A stretch of 64,000 bases of DNA from positions 186,001-250,000 of the forward strand of contig NW_026250431.1 of the NCBI RefSeq assembly GCF_024521635.1. Reading direction: 5' to 3'. Every line of letters starts with the position of its first letter. The first letter of the stretch is position 1. The notes under the pieces are model-generated. The model searched no databases. It was not told where the DNA came from and saw only the letters and a program-made list of their open reading frames with translations. The position numbers were made by a program, and so were the translations under genes. Below, piece after piece: positions 62,396 to 64,000 of this stretch. The stretch comes from Tricharina praecox. Lineage: Eukaryota.

Positions 62396-62896
62396 GTTTG
62401 TTGCTTCGTAGTCGTGAGGTTTGTGTGTGGCGGAGTTGTGGTTGTGAGAGAGAGGTTTTGGTAACAATACCTGCTAACCTTCGGTTTTGCGTCGAACTTG
62501 CAAAAAGGCAAAAAATGTTTAAAACTCAAATCCTAGCTGAAAGCTGCATGCACGCCAAGACAGCGTCACGTCGGAAATCACTCGGGTAATTAGCACGGTC
62601 ACGGGCTTAAGTGGTCGTCGGAGAGTAATAGAACAGACACTACCAACGAATAGCACCGCCGCTCAAACGATAGGAACCGCCGTTGGAGAGAGAGAAAGCC
62701 AATTGTCACATGCGGTGATTTATGAACCCGTGATCTATGCACCCAGTGATTTATCCAGAGATCTATGAACCCATATCCAACGCATTAACTACGGTACGTT
62801 CGATTTTGCGCCCATAATATTCCGAGTAAACACTTGTCGGATCATCCCTCCATCTCTCCATCCCTCCATCCCTCCGTCCCTCCCTCCCGTGCACAA

Positions 62897-64000
62897 TCAC
62901 ATCTCGACACCCTGCAGCCTGAAGAACACCTTGGTTAACTCGTCGAGCGCGTCACTCTTCTCGCCAGAGTTCTTCTTGATCTCAATGACCATGACGCCGA
63001 CATTGTCGCTATCCTTCTTCTCGTCGCCCTCGAGGACGGTCTTGACCAGCTCCTTCTCGGCTTCCAGATGGGGGAAAACCCGTTTCGCACCCTGCGGTTC
63101 TCGGCCGAACAGTGCGAGTGCGAACCAGCCCTCGCTGCGCACCACGGGGTATTTGTCCTGCCGGACCATGTCCCAAATCGCCTCTTCGACCACTGCCGAG
63201 TGCGAGAGGAGCGCGGCGAGGAGCAGCTGGTTACCCTCTTCTTCGGCATAGATTATGCGGAGCATGGCGGCAATCGTGCGCGAGATCTCGACTTTGACGG
63301 GGAGCTCTTCGACCTCGCTGTAGCGCTTGAGGAAGAGGGCGAAGAGGGATTCCTCGTCTGGCGTGCTGGATAGCAACTTCTCTGTGTTTTCAACTGGGAG
63401 ATGTTAATTGGGGAGTAGCCATAGAGGGTGTGTGTGAAGACTTGCAAGTATTGACGATCGACAATCTCCCTAGACTCACGGCAGAGTACCAGACTTGTCC
63501 AACACCCACACCTTCCATGGTCAACATGCATCTGATCGTCCTGAAGGCGCCGCCGTCGACAAGCGGCTTCTTGTTCTGCGCAGGAATCGCCAAGTTCTTG
63601 AGCACTCCGACAGCGGCATGGATCACACCAACCGACATGGCACCCGTCGGCGGCCTTGGCTTCCCGGTGTCGGCTTCAATCTCGGGCTCCTCCTTTTTAG
63701 GCTCCCTGAGCCTCCTCACCGACTCTTCGAACTTGGCCGCGGTGTCTTCAACCACCTTGAACAACGGAAGGTGCAGCCCCGTCTGCACAAGCGTGGTGCA
63801 CACCTCATCGCTCCTGCCCACATTTCCAAACACCATGCAAGCCGCCACCACCAATTCTTCGCGTCCTGGCTTGATCTCGAGCCATCCCTCGACGCGCTTC
63901 ATCACCTCACTGCCAAGCGGATGACCATCCAGGAACTCAGGCTCCGTCGCGATGTCTCCCACTGCCTCGATGAGCTGATTACGAGCGTAAGCGGCTAAGC
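62897..64000 (-). CDS. ARM-repeat protein, Rap1GDS1/SmgGDS-like (5' part outside the window)
   Basis: AACMVFGNVGRSDEVC..LV, HAAVGVLKNLAIPAQNK, VKVEISRTIAAMLR, DKYPVVRSEGWFALAL. Confidence 0.78.

Overview
Intron-rich genomic DNA from a filamentous ascomycete, judged by short GT-AG introns with CTRAC branch points; a Pezizomycetes origin is a guess only. Most of the window is ordinary gene-dense sequence: a Ctr copper transporter, an F-box-like ORF, a tiny spliced Cys-rich metallothionein candidate, NOP6, Rac GTPase, Mlo2/UBR7, GPI2, a divergent REV3, a Myb/SANT-like protein, head-to-head RPL21/RPS9, an RS-rich protein, a HAD hydrolase, RSM22, molybdopterin synthase large subunit, a disrupted GPCR, an SDR, NOP53 and a partial SmgGDS-like ARM protein. 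About 43-60.9 kb is a gene-poor accessory island. It holds three TIR elements (two with an empty site visible in this same window), a LINE 3' remnant, a repeated Pol III-like structured sequence, a tandem microprotein pair and several orphan genes. The most striking observation is that RPS9 intron 1 restores the conserved protein only if spliced as a non-canonical AT-AC intron with U2-type signals. Its divergent partner RPL21 has an intron-split start codon and a strongly self-complementary intron, suggesting a splicing-level control module. All calls come from manual reading and recalled family motifs; no database searches were run.
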